From the IMG/VR virus record IMGVR_UViG_3300015050_000944, positions 1 to 27,988 of that record: a stretch of DNA of 27,988 nucleotides; one strand, given 5' to 3'. Positions 16,907-25,521 of this stretch are shown here, one piece after another (the first letter of the stretch is position 1; every line of letters begins with the position of its first letter). Source of the DNA: a virus. Taxonomy: Duplodnaviria > Caudoviricetes. Position numbers and translations under genes: made by a program. The notes under the pieces were generated by a model, which was not told where the DNA came from, searched no databases, and saw only the letters and a program-made list of their open reading frames with translations.

Positions 16907-19900
16907 TGCCACTACGTCCCTCCCCGTTCCTGGAAAAGCCGCCTGAGAAGAAGAAGCGGCAACCGACGCCTGAAGAACTCGGGTTGATCCCGCCCGAGGA
17001 TTTTGGGCGACCAAGTGCGGCTGACAAAAAGCGAAAGGCAGAGAGCCAGCCGGCGCCTGCGCCGAAGATCACGCGCCAGCCGACGCCCGAGGAGCTCGGG
17101 TTCGAGGACGCGCCTGAGTTGCCGGCGGGCACACAGCCGTCGCCTGAAGACCTTGGCATTGCCCAGAAGCCGATGGGGACGCCTGCGCCGGCGAACGATG
17201 ATTCGTGGGAGGCGTGGTGGAACTGGGCACAGGATCGCGTTGAGCCTGTTGCGCAGGAAGCGGGTGAGACGGCCGATTGGCTGTGGGACAACATCAAGAC
17301 CTACGCGGGCTATGAGGAGGAGAAGCGGACCGGCTTCAAGCAGGACACCAGCCGCCGTGTCGAGCGTCCGGACATGGGGAAAGACGGCGGGTACGTTGAT
17401 TGGGCCGTAGACCAGATCGTGCCCGACTTCTTGTACGACTTCTTCACGTCGAAGCGCACGCAGAAGGACTTCGAAATCGGCTTTGACACGGCGCAGTACG
17501 CTTTCGGAGACTTCCTGAAAGGCGGCGCCTTTGTGATGAAGAAGGCCGACGAAGGCTTGCGCGCGATCGGCATCGACCTTGATTTCCACGGCCGCTCGGA
17601 AGAAGAGCGCGAGGCCACGTGGGCCGGGACAATCAAATTCCTCGACGACATCCAGAAGTCCTACGGCGCAGACATCCAGAGGAAGTCCGCGGCCTACGAG
17701 CAGGAGTACGGGCCGCGCGACCTTGGCGACGCGCTCGTTCGGGTCGTGCCGGCATTGCCGACGATGCTGGCCCAGTACGGGTTGGCCGGCTTCGCGCTCG
17801 GGCCTGTTGCAGGCTTTGCGTTCGTGGATGGCATGGTGAAGGCCGGTGCCGGCGGCTCGCCGGATGAAGTGTTGTTCGCGGCGGTGAAGGGCGCGGCCCT
17901 CGGCAAGTTGCTCGAGTGGTCGAACGTGCTGTCTCGCCCGTTGCGCATCGCTCCTATCGCAGGCGCCGGCTACGGTCTTGCGAAGTCAGAAGGTGCCGAT
18001 GAAGTCGACGCGATGGCGAGCGGCATCACGTTTGGCGTCCTTGGCGTCTTGCCCAAGAGCGGCCCTGTCAACGTGCGCTACCTGCGCGAACACGGCGTGA
18101 TGCCAGACATCCGCGACATCGGTGGCCACGTGCGCGACCTGTTCATCGGCGGCAACGAGCCGATGGCCAAGCGGGACTTCGAAACATCTGGCTGGGCGCT
18201 CAAGCAGATCCGCACGAAGCACAACGTCGAGCAGACGCAAGAGATGCAGATGTGGCAGGACGAACTTGCTGCAGCCCGCAAGCCGCGGGAGGGTGACACC
18301 GAGACATCGGTGCAGGACCGCGTGGCCGAAGCGAACTCCCGCCATGAGCAGCGTCTCGAGGGGCAGTCGAAGAAACAGTTCGAGGAAGAACTTCCGTTCC
18401 GCCAGGCACACGATCACGCTGATCGCCGCTACCGCCGCGCGCAGCATCCGTTCTTTGGCGTGACGTGGCGCGAGGCGCCGTACATGCGGTCGCTGCACAT
18501 GTACGAGCGCGACGTGGTGACCACGAACCTGCAGTCGGCAACTGCGCTGCAGAAAATTAATGAACAGAATGAACAGCAGTCGATCGACGCCAAGGCGCGC
18601 GCGGACGAACTGCGCCGGCAGGCTGAAGACGAGCCGGATGAAGTCGTGCGCCGCCGCATGAATCAGCAGGCGGACATGATCGAGAACGAGACGTTCCGCA
18701 TGACGTTCGAGCGTCGCGTGAATGCCGAGGATGCCACCGAGTTCGCGCTCGAGATGTCCGAGATGCGGGCGGCGAGCGCGCGCTACGAATTGGTTCGGAT
18801 CATCGAGGCGAAGAACAAGGTTGAAGGGCGCCGCGCCATGCAGATGGCGACGGAGCGGGACCTTGGCGATGCTTACCGGGCTGGCGTGCGCAAGGTCGCG
18901 CGCGGCAACCGGCGTGCACGTGAGTTGCTGGAAACCGGTGACAGGGTTGTCAACAATGAAATGGCGCGCATGAAGCGTGACGGGATCACGGAGGACAACC
19001 CGCAGACGCAACGAATCTGGCAGGAGCGGATGGAAGAACTCGAGGCGATCCGCGAGAACTATCGTGGCATGGCGTCCCTGTCCCTGTGGGAGAACCAGAG
19101 CGCGGCCGACATGCGGATCTCGTTCGCGCGCTCTGCGTGGGAGATGGCGCACAATCCGGAAGTGAAGCCGGGCACGCTGGGCCGCATCCTGGAGATCTTG
19201 GGCTTGCGTAAACCGCGCGCGCCTGACGAGGTTGATCTTCAGCGGCACGGCCTCGACAAGTTCCAGCCGAAGCGCGATACCTCGCCGGAAGATGCAAAGA
19301 AAGATGGGCCGGATGGGTGGGACGCGCCGCCAAAGGCAGACCCGGTCAAACCGGCCAAGGGGTTCGAGCAGCGTTACAAGGCGCTGATGGAGCATTCGCT
19401 CAAAGACCCGAAACTGGGCAAGATTCAGGACCAGGTGGACCGTGCGTTGCAATTGGTGTCGCGGCCTGAAGACGTGCTGCCCATGATCAACTTCGTGGCG
19501 AGCAAGAACCACTACGACCCGCCGTCACGCCGTGGCATCCAGACGGCGAAGCTGCGCAAGAAAGCGGCTGAGAGCCTGGGCATGACATCGGAGGAGTTCC
19601 TGAACTCGCCCTACGGCAAGGCGTTCAGTGACTTCGAACTTGAAGCCGTCATCATGATCATGGACCGGCAGTGGGCGCGCACGCAGCACGCCTACGCGCT
19701 GTGGCGCAAGACGGGTTCGAACAATGCCTACATGGCTTACCAGGCTGAACTCTATCGCTTCATGATGATCTGGGAACGCCTGCGCGGTGCGGCGGCTGAA
19801 TCCGGCCGCTCGCTGCGCATGTTCCGCGAGATCAAGGGCAAGTACGGCAGCGCGACGCGGCCCCTTTCCGACCTCGAATACAAGATGATCATGTCGGGCG

Positions 19901-22311
19901 ATGGCACCGCCGCCATGAAAATGATGGAGGGGTACAAGAAGAGCGGCTTCATGGGCATGCTCATGGAGTACTACATCAACAACCTGCTGTCTGGCCCGCA
20001 GACGGCGATGGTGAACATCTATTCCGGCGCGTCGATGCTGTTCATCGAATCCATCATCAAGCCTGCGGGGGCAGCGTTCGTCGGTCTTGGGCGCTACGGG
20101 TTCTACATGCTGATCGGCCGGCATCTGGCGGTGCCGTTCAGGAAAATGCATCGCGCGTATATCCGCGGGTTCGGGTCGATCGATGCCAACAAGAAACTCG
20201 ACGTTACGATAGAGAATGAGCGGTGGATGCCGGGCAACGACTACAACACCCACGCCCACCGTGTGCGCCTGGGCGAGGTCGGCGCGCGCATCCGTGGCCT
20301 GCTCGAGGGCATCGTGCCGGCGACGGTGCAGTTCTTCCGCACGCTGTTCTTGGGTGAGAAATTCCTCGGCGAGACAAACTGGGCGGCGGGCTATGGCGAA
20401 CACCTTCCGTGGTGGCTGGCAGGACCAATCGTCCGCATCCCCGGCAAGATCCTTGGCGCGATCGACGACTTCTTCAAGGTGCTGATGTACCGCTCGTCCA
20501 TTCGCGGGCACGCCTATCGTCTTGCGATGGCCGAGTACCACTACACATCGCAGACATGGAAAGGACTGCGCGGGCGCCGCGCGCGCTACAATGAACTCGC
20601 CAAGAACCCGCAGGGCTACGTCGAGGGCATGGCGCGCAACGAGGCGCTGCGCGTGACGTTCCAGCAAACGCCGGATCCGATATGGGGTGGCATCCCCGAG
20701 ATGGTTACCAAGACCCCGTTACTGCGCATCCTGGTGCCGTTCACGAAGACGCTGCTGAACTCGCTCGAGTGGGTGATGTCGGGCACGCCGATGGGCATGT
20801 TCGTGTTCCGCAGTACGCGCGAGGCCCTGCTTGGCCGGCGCGGTCGTGCGGCGCAGGATCTTGCCATCGCGCACGTCATGCTGGTGACCGGAGCGTCGAC
20901 AGCCGTGTTCATGTGGGCGCTCGGCGACGACAACGTCATGCCGCCCTACCCGAAGGACGAGAAGGGCAAGGTCATTGCCGGCGTCAACACCGCCCCGCCA
21001 CTCTCGATACGCATCCCTGGCACGGACGACTACATTCAGCTGAACCGTGTGGACCCGATGGGCGCTATCATCTCGCTCGGCTCGGCGGCGGCGAATGCCT
21101 ACAAGATGTCGATGCAGCGCGGTGACACGAAGAAGGCGCAGCAGGCGTGGGACATCTTCCTGTCGTCGATGTTCTCGATGGTCGCCGACCGCTCTGGCTT
21201 CCGCGGCCTCCTCGACTTCCTGACGGCAGCACAGGGCGGCACCGCCGGCAATCAGCCGGATGCGTGGTCGAAGTGGGCAGATAAGCTGGGTGGCACGATG
21301 GCGGTGCCGAACGTGATTGCCTCATGGGCACGCACGCGCGACCCTGTCATCCGGCGCGCAGATGGTCTTATCGAGCAGATCATGAACCGTCTCCCTGGCG
21401 AGCGTGAGAAGTTGCCCCCGGTGCGCAACCTGTGGGGGGACATGGTCATCGGCTACGATTCCTACGGCGAGAACGACCTCCTCGACTACACCAACCCAAT
21501 CTATTGGGGTAAGCGCGCGACGGACCCGGCGACGAAGATGATGCTGGACCTGCACAAGATCTACAACTGGGCACCTGGCTTCCTTGACCGCTCGATTGCC
21601 GGCCGCGAACTGACACCCGAAGAGTACGATTATTATCAGACGCAGCGTGGCAAGTACGCACACCCTGGCATCCGCGAGATTGCAGAGTCGCCTGAGTACC
21701 AGGAGATCATCAAGCTGCGCGCGGACATCAAGGCGACGCGCAAGGAGATGATCGACCTCGGTCGCCCCCCGCTACGGTTCGCCCCGGGTTCGCAGAAACG
21801 CTTCAAGGAACTGCAGAAGCAGCTGAAGGTCATGCAGGACAGGCTGCAGAGGCAGTCGTACAAGGTGCTGCTAAAGGCGAAGGACGTGTTCCGCAAGGCC
21901 AATTCACAGGCGCGCTCCGACACCGCCGGCAACTCGGATCAGTCCCGCCCCGGCATGTTCCCCGACATCTGGAAGCGGCCGAAGCGGCGCGACGACTTCT
22001 CCAATCCGGGCGAGATTCCGGAGTACGACATGTACGATTGGCTGGATTCGTGGATGCACGCCGACGGGCCGATGTCCATGCAGCAGGAGTGGGATGCCGA
22101 GGAGTCCAAGTCTGCCGAGGAATTTGACGGCAACCCCTACACCGGTGGTGACCCCGTGACCAACCGGTCGCGGGCGCAGCACCAGCGGTGGCAGGAAGAA
22201 AACCGCAAGTGGATCGAGGAGACGCGCCGCATCCAGGCAATCAACGCCGATCGCATGCGTCGCGGCCAGGCGCCACTGCCGCTGCCGCCGAAACCCGAAC
22301 CTGTGCAGTAA
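16906..22311 (+). CDS. Large ejection/internal virion protein (1801 aa; T7 gp16-like position)
   Basis: Mostly helical; Gly/Ala hydrophobic stretches; LLSGPQT, ILVPFTKT and LPPVRNLWG motifs recalled from podovirus internal virion proteins; last gene before lysis. Confidence 0.7.
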   Translation: MPLRPSPFLEKPPEKKKRQPTPEELGLIPPEDFGRPSAADKKRKAESQPAPAPKITRQPTPEELGFEDAPELPAGTQPSPEDLGIAQKPMGTPAPANDDSWEAWWNWAQDRVEPVAQEAGETADWLWDNIKTYAGYEEEKRTGFKQDTSRRVERPDMGKDGGYVDWAVDQIVPDFLYDFFTSKRTQKDFEIGFDTAQYAFGDFLKGGAFVMKKADEGLRAIGIDLDFHGRSEEEREATWAGTIKFLDDIQKSYGADIQRKSAAYEQEYGPRDLGDALVRVVPALPTMLAQYGLAGFALGPVAGFAFVDGMVKAGAGGSPDEVLFAAVKGAALGKLLEWSNVLSRPLRIAPIAGAGYGLAKSEGADEVDAMASGITFGVLGVLPKSGPVNVRYLREHGVMPDIRDIGGHVRDLFIGGNEPMAKRDFETSGWALKQIRTKHNVEQTQEMQMWQDELAAARKPREGDTETSVQDRVAEANSRHEQRLEGQSKKQFEEELPFRQAHDHADRRYRRAQHPFFGVTWREAPYMRSLHMYERDVVTTNLQSATALQKINEQNEQQSIDAKARADELRRQAEDEPDEVVRRRMNQQADMIENETFRMTFERRVNAEDATEFALEMSEMRAASARYELVRIIEAKNKVEGRRAMQMATERDLGDAYRAGVRKVARGNRRARELLETGDRVVNNEMARMKRDGITEDNPQTQRIWQERMEELEAIRENYRGMASLSLWENQSAADMRISFARSAWEMAHNPEVKPGTLGRILEILGLRKPRAPDEVDLQRHGLDKFQPKRDTSPEDAKKDGPDGWDAPPKADPVKPAKGFEQRYKALMEHSLKDPKLGKIQDQVDRALQLVSRPEDVLPMINFVASKNHYDPPSRRGIQTAKLRKKAAESLGMTSEEFLNSPYGKAFSDFELEAVIMIMDRQWARTQHAYALWRKTGSNNAYMAYQAELYRFMMIWERLRGAAAESGRSLRMFREIKGKYGSATRPLSDLEYKMIMSGDGTAAMKMMEGYKKSGFMGMLMEYYINNLLSGPQTAMVNIYSGASMLFIESIIKPAGAAFVGLGRYGFYMLIGRHLAVPFRKMHRAYIRGFGSIDANKKLDVTIENERWMPGNDYNTHAHRVRLGEVGARIRGLLEGIVPATVQFFRTLFLGEKFLGETNWAAGYGEHLPWWLAGPIVRIPGKILGAIDDFFKVLMYRSSIRGHAYRLAMAEYHYTSQTWKGLRGRRARYNELAKNPQGYVEGMARNEALRVTFQQTPDPIWGGIPEMVTKTPLLRILVPFTKTLLNSLEWVMSGTPMGMFVFRSTREALLGRRGRAAQDLAIAHVMLVTGASTAVFMWALGDDNVMPPYPKDEKGKVIAGVNTAPPLSIRIPGTDDYIQLNRVDPMGAIISLGSAAANAYKMSMQRGDTKKAQQAWDIFLSSMFSMVADRSGFRGLLDFLTAAQGGTAGNQPDAWSKWADKLGGTMAVPNVIASWARTRDPVIRRADGLIEQIMNRLPGEREKLPPVRNLWGDMVIGYDSYGENDLLDYTNPIYWGKRATDPATKMMLDLHKIYNWAPGFLDRSIAGRELTPEEYDYYQTQRGKYAHPGIREIAESPEYQEIIKLRADIKATRKEMIDLGRPPLRFAPGSQKRFKELQKQLKVMQDRLQRQSYKVLLKAKDVFRKANSQARSDTAGNSDQSRPGMFPDIWKRPKRRDDFSNPGEIPEYDMYDWLDSWMHADGPMSMQQEWDAEESKSAEEFDGNPYTGGDPVTNRSRAQHQRWQEENRKWIEETRRIQAINADRMRRGQAPLPLPPKPEPVQ

Positions 22312-22341
22312 TCCAAGGGCGGCAAAGCAAGGAGATAATCT
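22312..22341 (+). promoter_or_regulatory. Putative late promoter copy 3: TCCAAG-N18-TAATCT
   Basis: Matches the 7349-7389 element; directly upstream of the endolysin. Confidence 0.55.
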
Positions 22342-22346
22342 ACCCC

Positions 22347-22847
22347 ATGCAGTGGCCCCATCAATCACAGGTGAGGTCGTTTTACGGCGACCCGGATCCT
22401 GACCGCGACGGCTTCCCGAATCGGACATGGGAAGACCAGAGCCTTGTCCTGTTGACCCCGCCGTACCGGATGGTGCTGGCGTGGGATGCGAGCGTGCGGT
22501 TGCGCAAGATTCGGGTCCACCGCAAGTGTGAGGACTCGCTGCTCCGTGTGCTGACGAATATCGCCGGGCACTTCGGCAGCGAGCAGGCTATCGAGGCGAA
22601 CGGGATGCACCTGTTCGGCGGTTGCTACAATTTCCGGACCGTGCGTGGCGGCACGTCCCTGTCGATGCACTCGTATGGGTGCGCGATCGACCTGGACCCG
22701 GTGCGCAACCCGCTTGGCAAGGCGTACAACGAGAAGAATGGCATGATGCCGATGGCCGTTGTGAAGATATTTGAGGCAGAAGGATGGACATGGGGCGGCA
22801 AGTGGAAGCGAGCGGACTGCCAGCATTTTCAAGCGGCGAACGTATGA
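22347..22847 (+). CDS. Endolysin, M15-family Zn peptidase (L-Ala-D-Glu peptidase-like)
   Basis: YNFR...SMHSYGCAIDLD (SxHxxGxAxD) and WGGKW...DCQHFQ; start reassigned to ATG 22347. Confidence 0.85.
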   Translation: MQWPHQSQVRSFYGDPDPDRDGFPNRTWEDQSLVLLTPPYRMVLAWDASVRLRKIRVHRKCEDSLLRVLTNIAGHFGSEQAIEANGMHLFGGCYNFRTVRGGTSLSMHSYGCAIDLDPVRNPLGKAYNEKNGMMPMAVVKIFEAEGWTWGGKWKRADCQHFQAANV

Positions 22848-23164
22848 CGATGAGCGTGATCGAAACGGCATCAGCCACAGCCGTCGTAATCGCCATCGCG
22901 ATTGCGGCGATCATCATACCCCTCCCGCGGCCGAAGCCAGAGATGCCTCCGGTGCCTCCTGCCGTGGAAGAGACCGTAACCGAACCGCAGACGGTTCCAT
23001 TGCCACCCCCGCCTCCTGTGCCGCACCTGGAGGCGCCTGATCATGTCGAGGATGTGAGGCGTGTCAAGGTCATCCAGCTTCAGGTCGAGGAAGCCAAGCG
23101 GGACGTGATGGAAATCGCCAAGGTCTTGAGATCAAAGAAGGGGCCAGAAGATGCTCGGCGCTAA
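22844..23164 (+). CDS. Single-pass membrane protein, Pro-rich linker, C-terminal helix
   Basis: ATGA overlap with the endolysin stop; AVVIAIAIAAIIIPL hydrophobic segment. Confidence 0.6.
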   Translation: MTMSVIETASATAVVIAIAIAAIIIPLPRPKPEMPPVPPAVEETVTEPQTVPLPPPPPVPHLEAPDHVEDVRRVKVIQLQVEEAKRDVMEIAKVLRSKKGPEDARR

Positions 23165-23378
23165 GGAGTGGATCACAATTGCCATCGCAGCGATTGCGGC
23201 CATTGGTTCGATGGCGGTCAGCCAGTACCGCGTGGGCGAAGTCGAGCACACTGTCCGGCAGCTGTCAGGTGAACCGCTGAAGCTGGCGCTGCTTGAACGC
23301 GATGTGAAAGCGTTGCGATGTGAGATCAGAAACCTGAAGGCTATCGTGAAACAGTTGCCTGAACGTGACTGTGATTAG
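23151..23378 (+). CDS. Single-pass membrane protein with coiled coil (lysis accessory)
   Basis: WITIAIAAIAAIGSMAV followed by heptad-like helices and two Cys. Confidence 0.6.
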   Translation: MLGAKEWITIAIAAIAAIGSMAVSQYRVGEVEHTVRQLSGEPLKLALLERDVKALRCEIRNLKAIVKQLPERDCD

Positions 23379-23389
23379 AGGAGAGTGAC

Positions 23390-23626
23390 ATGAACATCGG
23401 TGGTGGATTGAGTTATCTCGTTGGGCTTCTGGACTTTTGGCCGGGCCTCAAGACGAAACTGGCGGCGGTGGCCGCGTTCGCGCTGGCAGTGATTGCCGCC
23501 TGGAACGATATGGCCCCGCTGATCGGCGTGGACTTCACGATCGTGGTGCCGAACGCTGTCAACGCCCTGGTGCTTGCCTTGCTCGGTGCCGGCGCGGCCA
23601 ATGGCCTGAAGCGGCTGTCCAAATGA
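23390..23626 (+). CDS. Holin-like protein
   Basis: GAGGAG RBS; 78 aa, two hydrophobic segments, basic C-terminus (LKRLSK). Confidence 0.55.
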   Translation: MNIGGGLSYLVGLLDFWPGLKTKLAAVAAFALAVIAAWNDMAPLIGVDFTIVVPNAVNALVLALLGAGAANGLKRLSK

Positions 23627-24000
23627 CCCGCGTCCTCATCAGCCTGTGCATGGTGGTGACCCTCACCGCCTGCACGACGCTGGCCGACAACGATGTGCGG
23701 CGCAAGGCGAAGGTGGCTCTGGCCGCCTACGAGGCCACACAGCAGGCGATGCTGATTTATGGGCACCTACCCGCCTGCGACCCCGTTTCGGGCGTCCTGC
23801 GCTTCTGCAGGGACGCTGTGATATGGGCGAAGGTCAAGGCGGCGGACAAGATCGCGGTGATCGCCATCAACCAGGCAGCACCCGTGCTGCAGGGTGAGGC
23901 GATTGACGCCGGCCAGATCGTCGGCGCCCTGACCGCCATCGAGAACGTGAAGACCGTGCTTAAGGAAGCGCAGGAAAACTTGAATAAGGGGAGAGCGTGA
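23623..24000 (+). CDS. Lipoprotein of the lysis cassette
   Basis: Start reassigned to 23623 (ATGA overlap); MTRVLISLCMVVTLTA|C lipobox. Confidence 0.7.
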   Translation: MTRVLISLCMVVTLTACTTLADNDVRRKAKVALAAYEATQQAMLIYGHLPACDPVSGVLRFCRDAVIWAKVKAADKIAVIAINQAAPVLQGEAIDAGQIVGALTAIENVKTVLKEAQENLNKGRA

Positions 24001-24001
24001 C

Positions 24002-24214
24002 ATGACTGCAGCCCTGATGGCGACCATCCTGCGCGAACTTCTGGTCAACTTGCCGACCTATGTACAGACGGCAAGTGACCTGATTCGTTTCATCGACAGT
24101 GCCTACGACACACTGAGCGAGGCGATCGGCGACCGGGAGGTAACCCCGGAAGAGATCGCCGAGATCGTCGCGCGCATCACCGCGAACTCGGCCGAGATAC
24201 AGTCGATTCCCTGA
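24002..24214 (+). CDS. Small amphipathic helical protein
   Basis: GGGGAG RBS; last gene of the late region. Confidence 0.65.
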   Translation: MTAALMATILRELLVNLPTYVQTASDLIRFIDSAYDTLSEAIGDREVTPEEIAEIVARITANSAEIQSIP

Positions 24215-24401
24215 CAGACCGCTTGTCTGTGAACATGATTCCGAGTTAGTGAATAAGAGGCACACGGTTGGACGTGTGCCTTATTTTTCAATGGGTTAAC
24301 GCTGACAAATTATCAGAGTTCAGTCTGACAGGCCTTTGGAATCATGTAGTCAATTCAATGGCTTAGGGTGGGTGTCAGACCATTTGCTGACAGCGTGTCA
24401 A
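24211..24401. other. attP-like region
   Basis: AT-richer interval at the 3' end of int; CTGACA at 24211, 24302, 24325, 24387; inverted TGTCAG/TGTCAA at 24373 and 24396; two IHF-like boxes (24286-24298, 24353-24365). Confidence 0.55.
24258..24288 (+). terminator. Late-operon terminator (possibly bidirectional)
   Basis: AGGCACACG-GTTGGA-CGTGTGCCT 9-bp stem followed by TATTTTT; AATAAG upstream. Confidence 0.7.
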
Positions 24402-25495
24402 ACCTTAGTTGCAGACTTGTTCCGGTAGGCCTCCAGCTTGATCGCGCCCTGGCTCGCTACGACCGGGTCGCGATAGCGGTAATTCTCCAGAATCATGATC
24501 ACGCTCGACAGTTTGTGACCCGTGCGGGTCGCAATCTCGCCGGGCGTCAGGCCTGCCTGCTCCATGTAGATCACGCAGGAGTGGCGCAGTTCCATTTCCC
24601 AGAGGTCGTGGAAGCCACAGGCCTTGGCCACCTTGCGGAACTGCGGGACGTAGACCTTCGGGTCCACAGCCTGCCCATTGGCGTCGGCGACCAGCATGAA
24701 CCGGTCGGCCGGCAGGGCGTCGAGCGCCGCGCGCGTCTCCTTCAGGAAGGGGCGGATGGTCACCTCCTGGTCGGTCTTGCTTTGCTGGAAGTGGAACACG
24801 CCGTCGCGGTAGTCCCGTGGCTTCTGCAGGGCGAGGATGTCCCCCTGCCGCTGGCCAAGGTCGAAGTGCAGGAGCGTGCCAAGCGCGACGTGGGGGAGGT
24901 TCATCTCGCGGGCCTTGGCGACGATCGTCAGCAGCTGCTCGATGTTGACCACGCGGATCGGCTTCAGCCGGCGGGCACGCTTCAGGCCGAGGCGGCGGGC
25001 CGGGTTGTCGGCAACCACACCGGTGCGGCGCCCGTACTCCAGCACGATGGCCAAGTACGTGGCGACGTGGTCCCGCAGCGACTTGCGGGATTCGAAGCGG
25101 GCGAGGAACTCAAGGATCTTCTGCGGCGTGAGGCCGGCGACCTGCGGGTTGTTCTTCTCGCGCGACCACTTGATCACGTAGCGCGACAGCTGCGTGTACA
25201 CGCGCTTGGTCTTGTCGCGCAGTTGGGCGAAGTACTCGGACTGCTCGTACTGCTTGATCAGCCACGGCATGGAGCCACGCTGGGCGACGGTGGTGATGCC
25301 GTTGCGCAGGTAGTCGAGTTCGGCGTTGAGTTCGGACGCGCGGGCGAGCATGTCGATGGGGTCATCGGGCAGGCGGGTGACGCCGACGGGCCACGTCTGC
25401 GTTTCGGTCTTGACCTTCAGGCGGTCTGGCACTTGCCAGTAGTAGACAGTCCCTTGCGGGCGTTTGCGCGCGACGACGTAGCGGGGCAGTTGCAT
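24398..25495 (-). CDS. int: Tyrosine recombinase / phage integrase
   Basis: NPA, LGQRQGDILAL (R), QSKT (K), MELRH (HxxR variant), TGH, LENY (Y); start reassigned to 25495 (GGAGG 8 nt upstream). Confidence 0.9.
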   Translation of the reverse strand: MQLPRYVVARKRPQGTVYYWQVPDRLKVKTETQTWPVGVTRLPDDPIDMLARASELNAELDYLRNGITTVAQRGSMPWLIKQYEQSEYFAQLRDKTKRVYTQLSRYVIKWSREKNNPQVAGLTPQKILEFLARFESRKSLRDHVATYLAIVLEYGRRTGVVADNPARRLGLKRARRLKPIRVVNIEQLLTIVAKAREMNLPHVALGTLLHFDLGQRQGDILALQKPRDYRDGVFHFQQSKTDQEVTIRPFLKETRAALDALPADRFMLVADANGQAVDPKVYVPQFRKVAKACGFHDLWEMELRHSCVIYMEQAGLTPGEIATRTGHKLSSVIMILENYRYRDPVVASQGAIKLEAYRNKSATKV

Positions 25496-25521
25496 GATGG
25501 GGTCCTCCAGAGACAGTGGGA

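Noticed and set aside
13052-20667. Long - strand ORFs (13052-14857, 14595-16208, 17986-19512, 19525-20667)
   Set aside because: Antisense shadows of GC-biased + strand genes; R/H/V-rich translations with no recognisable motifs
22104-22135. Further TCCAAG hexamer as a promoter copy
   Set aside because: Not ATCCAAGG, and no TAnnnT at 17-18 nt spacing
16906-22311. Tape measure protein or virion RNA polymerase
   Set aside because: No tail tube, sheath or chaperone genes; adaptor-nozzle-GNAT-ejection order is podovirus-like; no polymerase catalytic motif recognised
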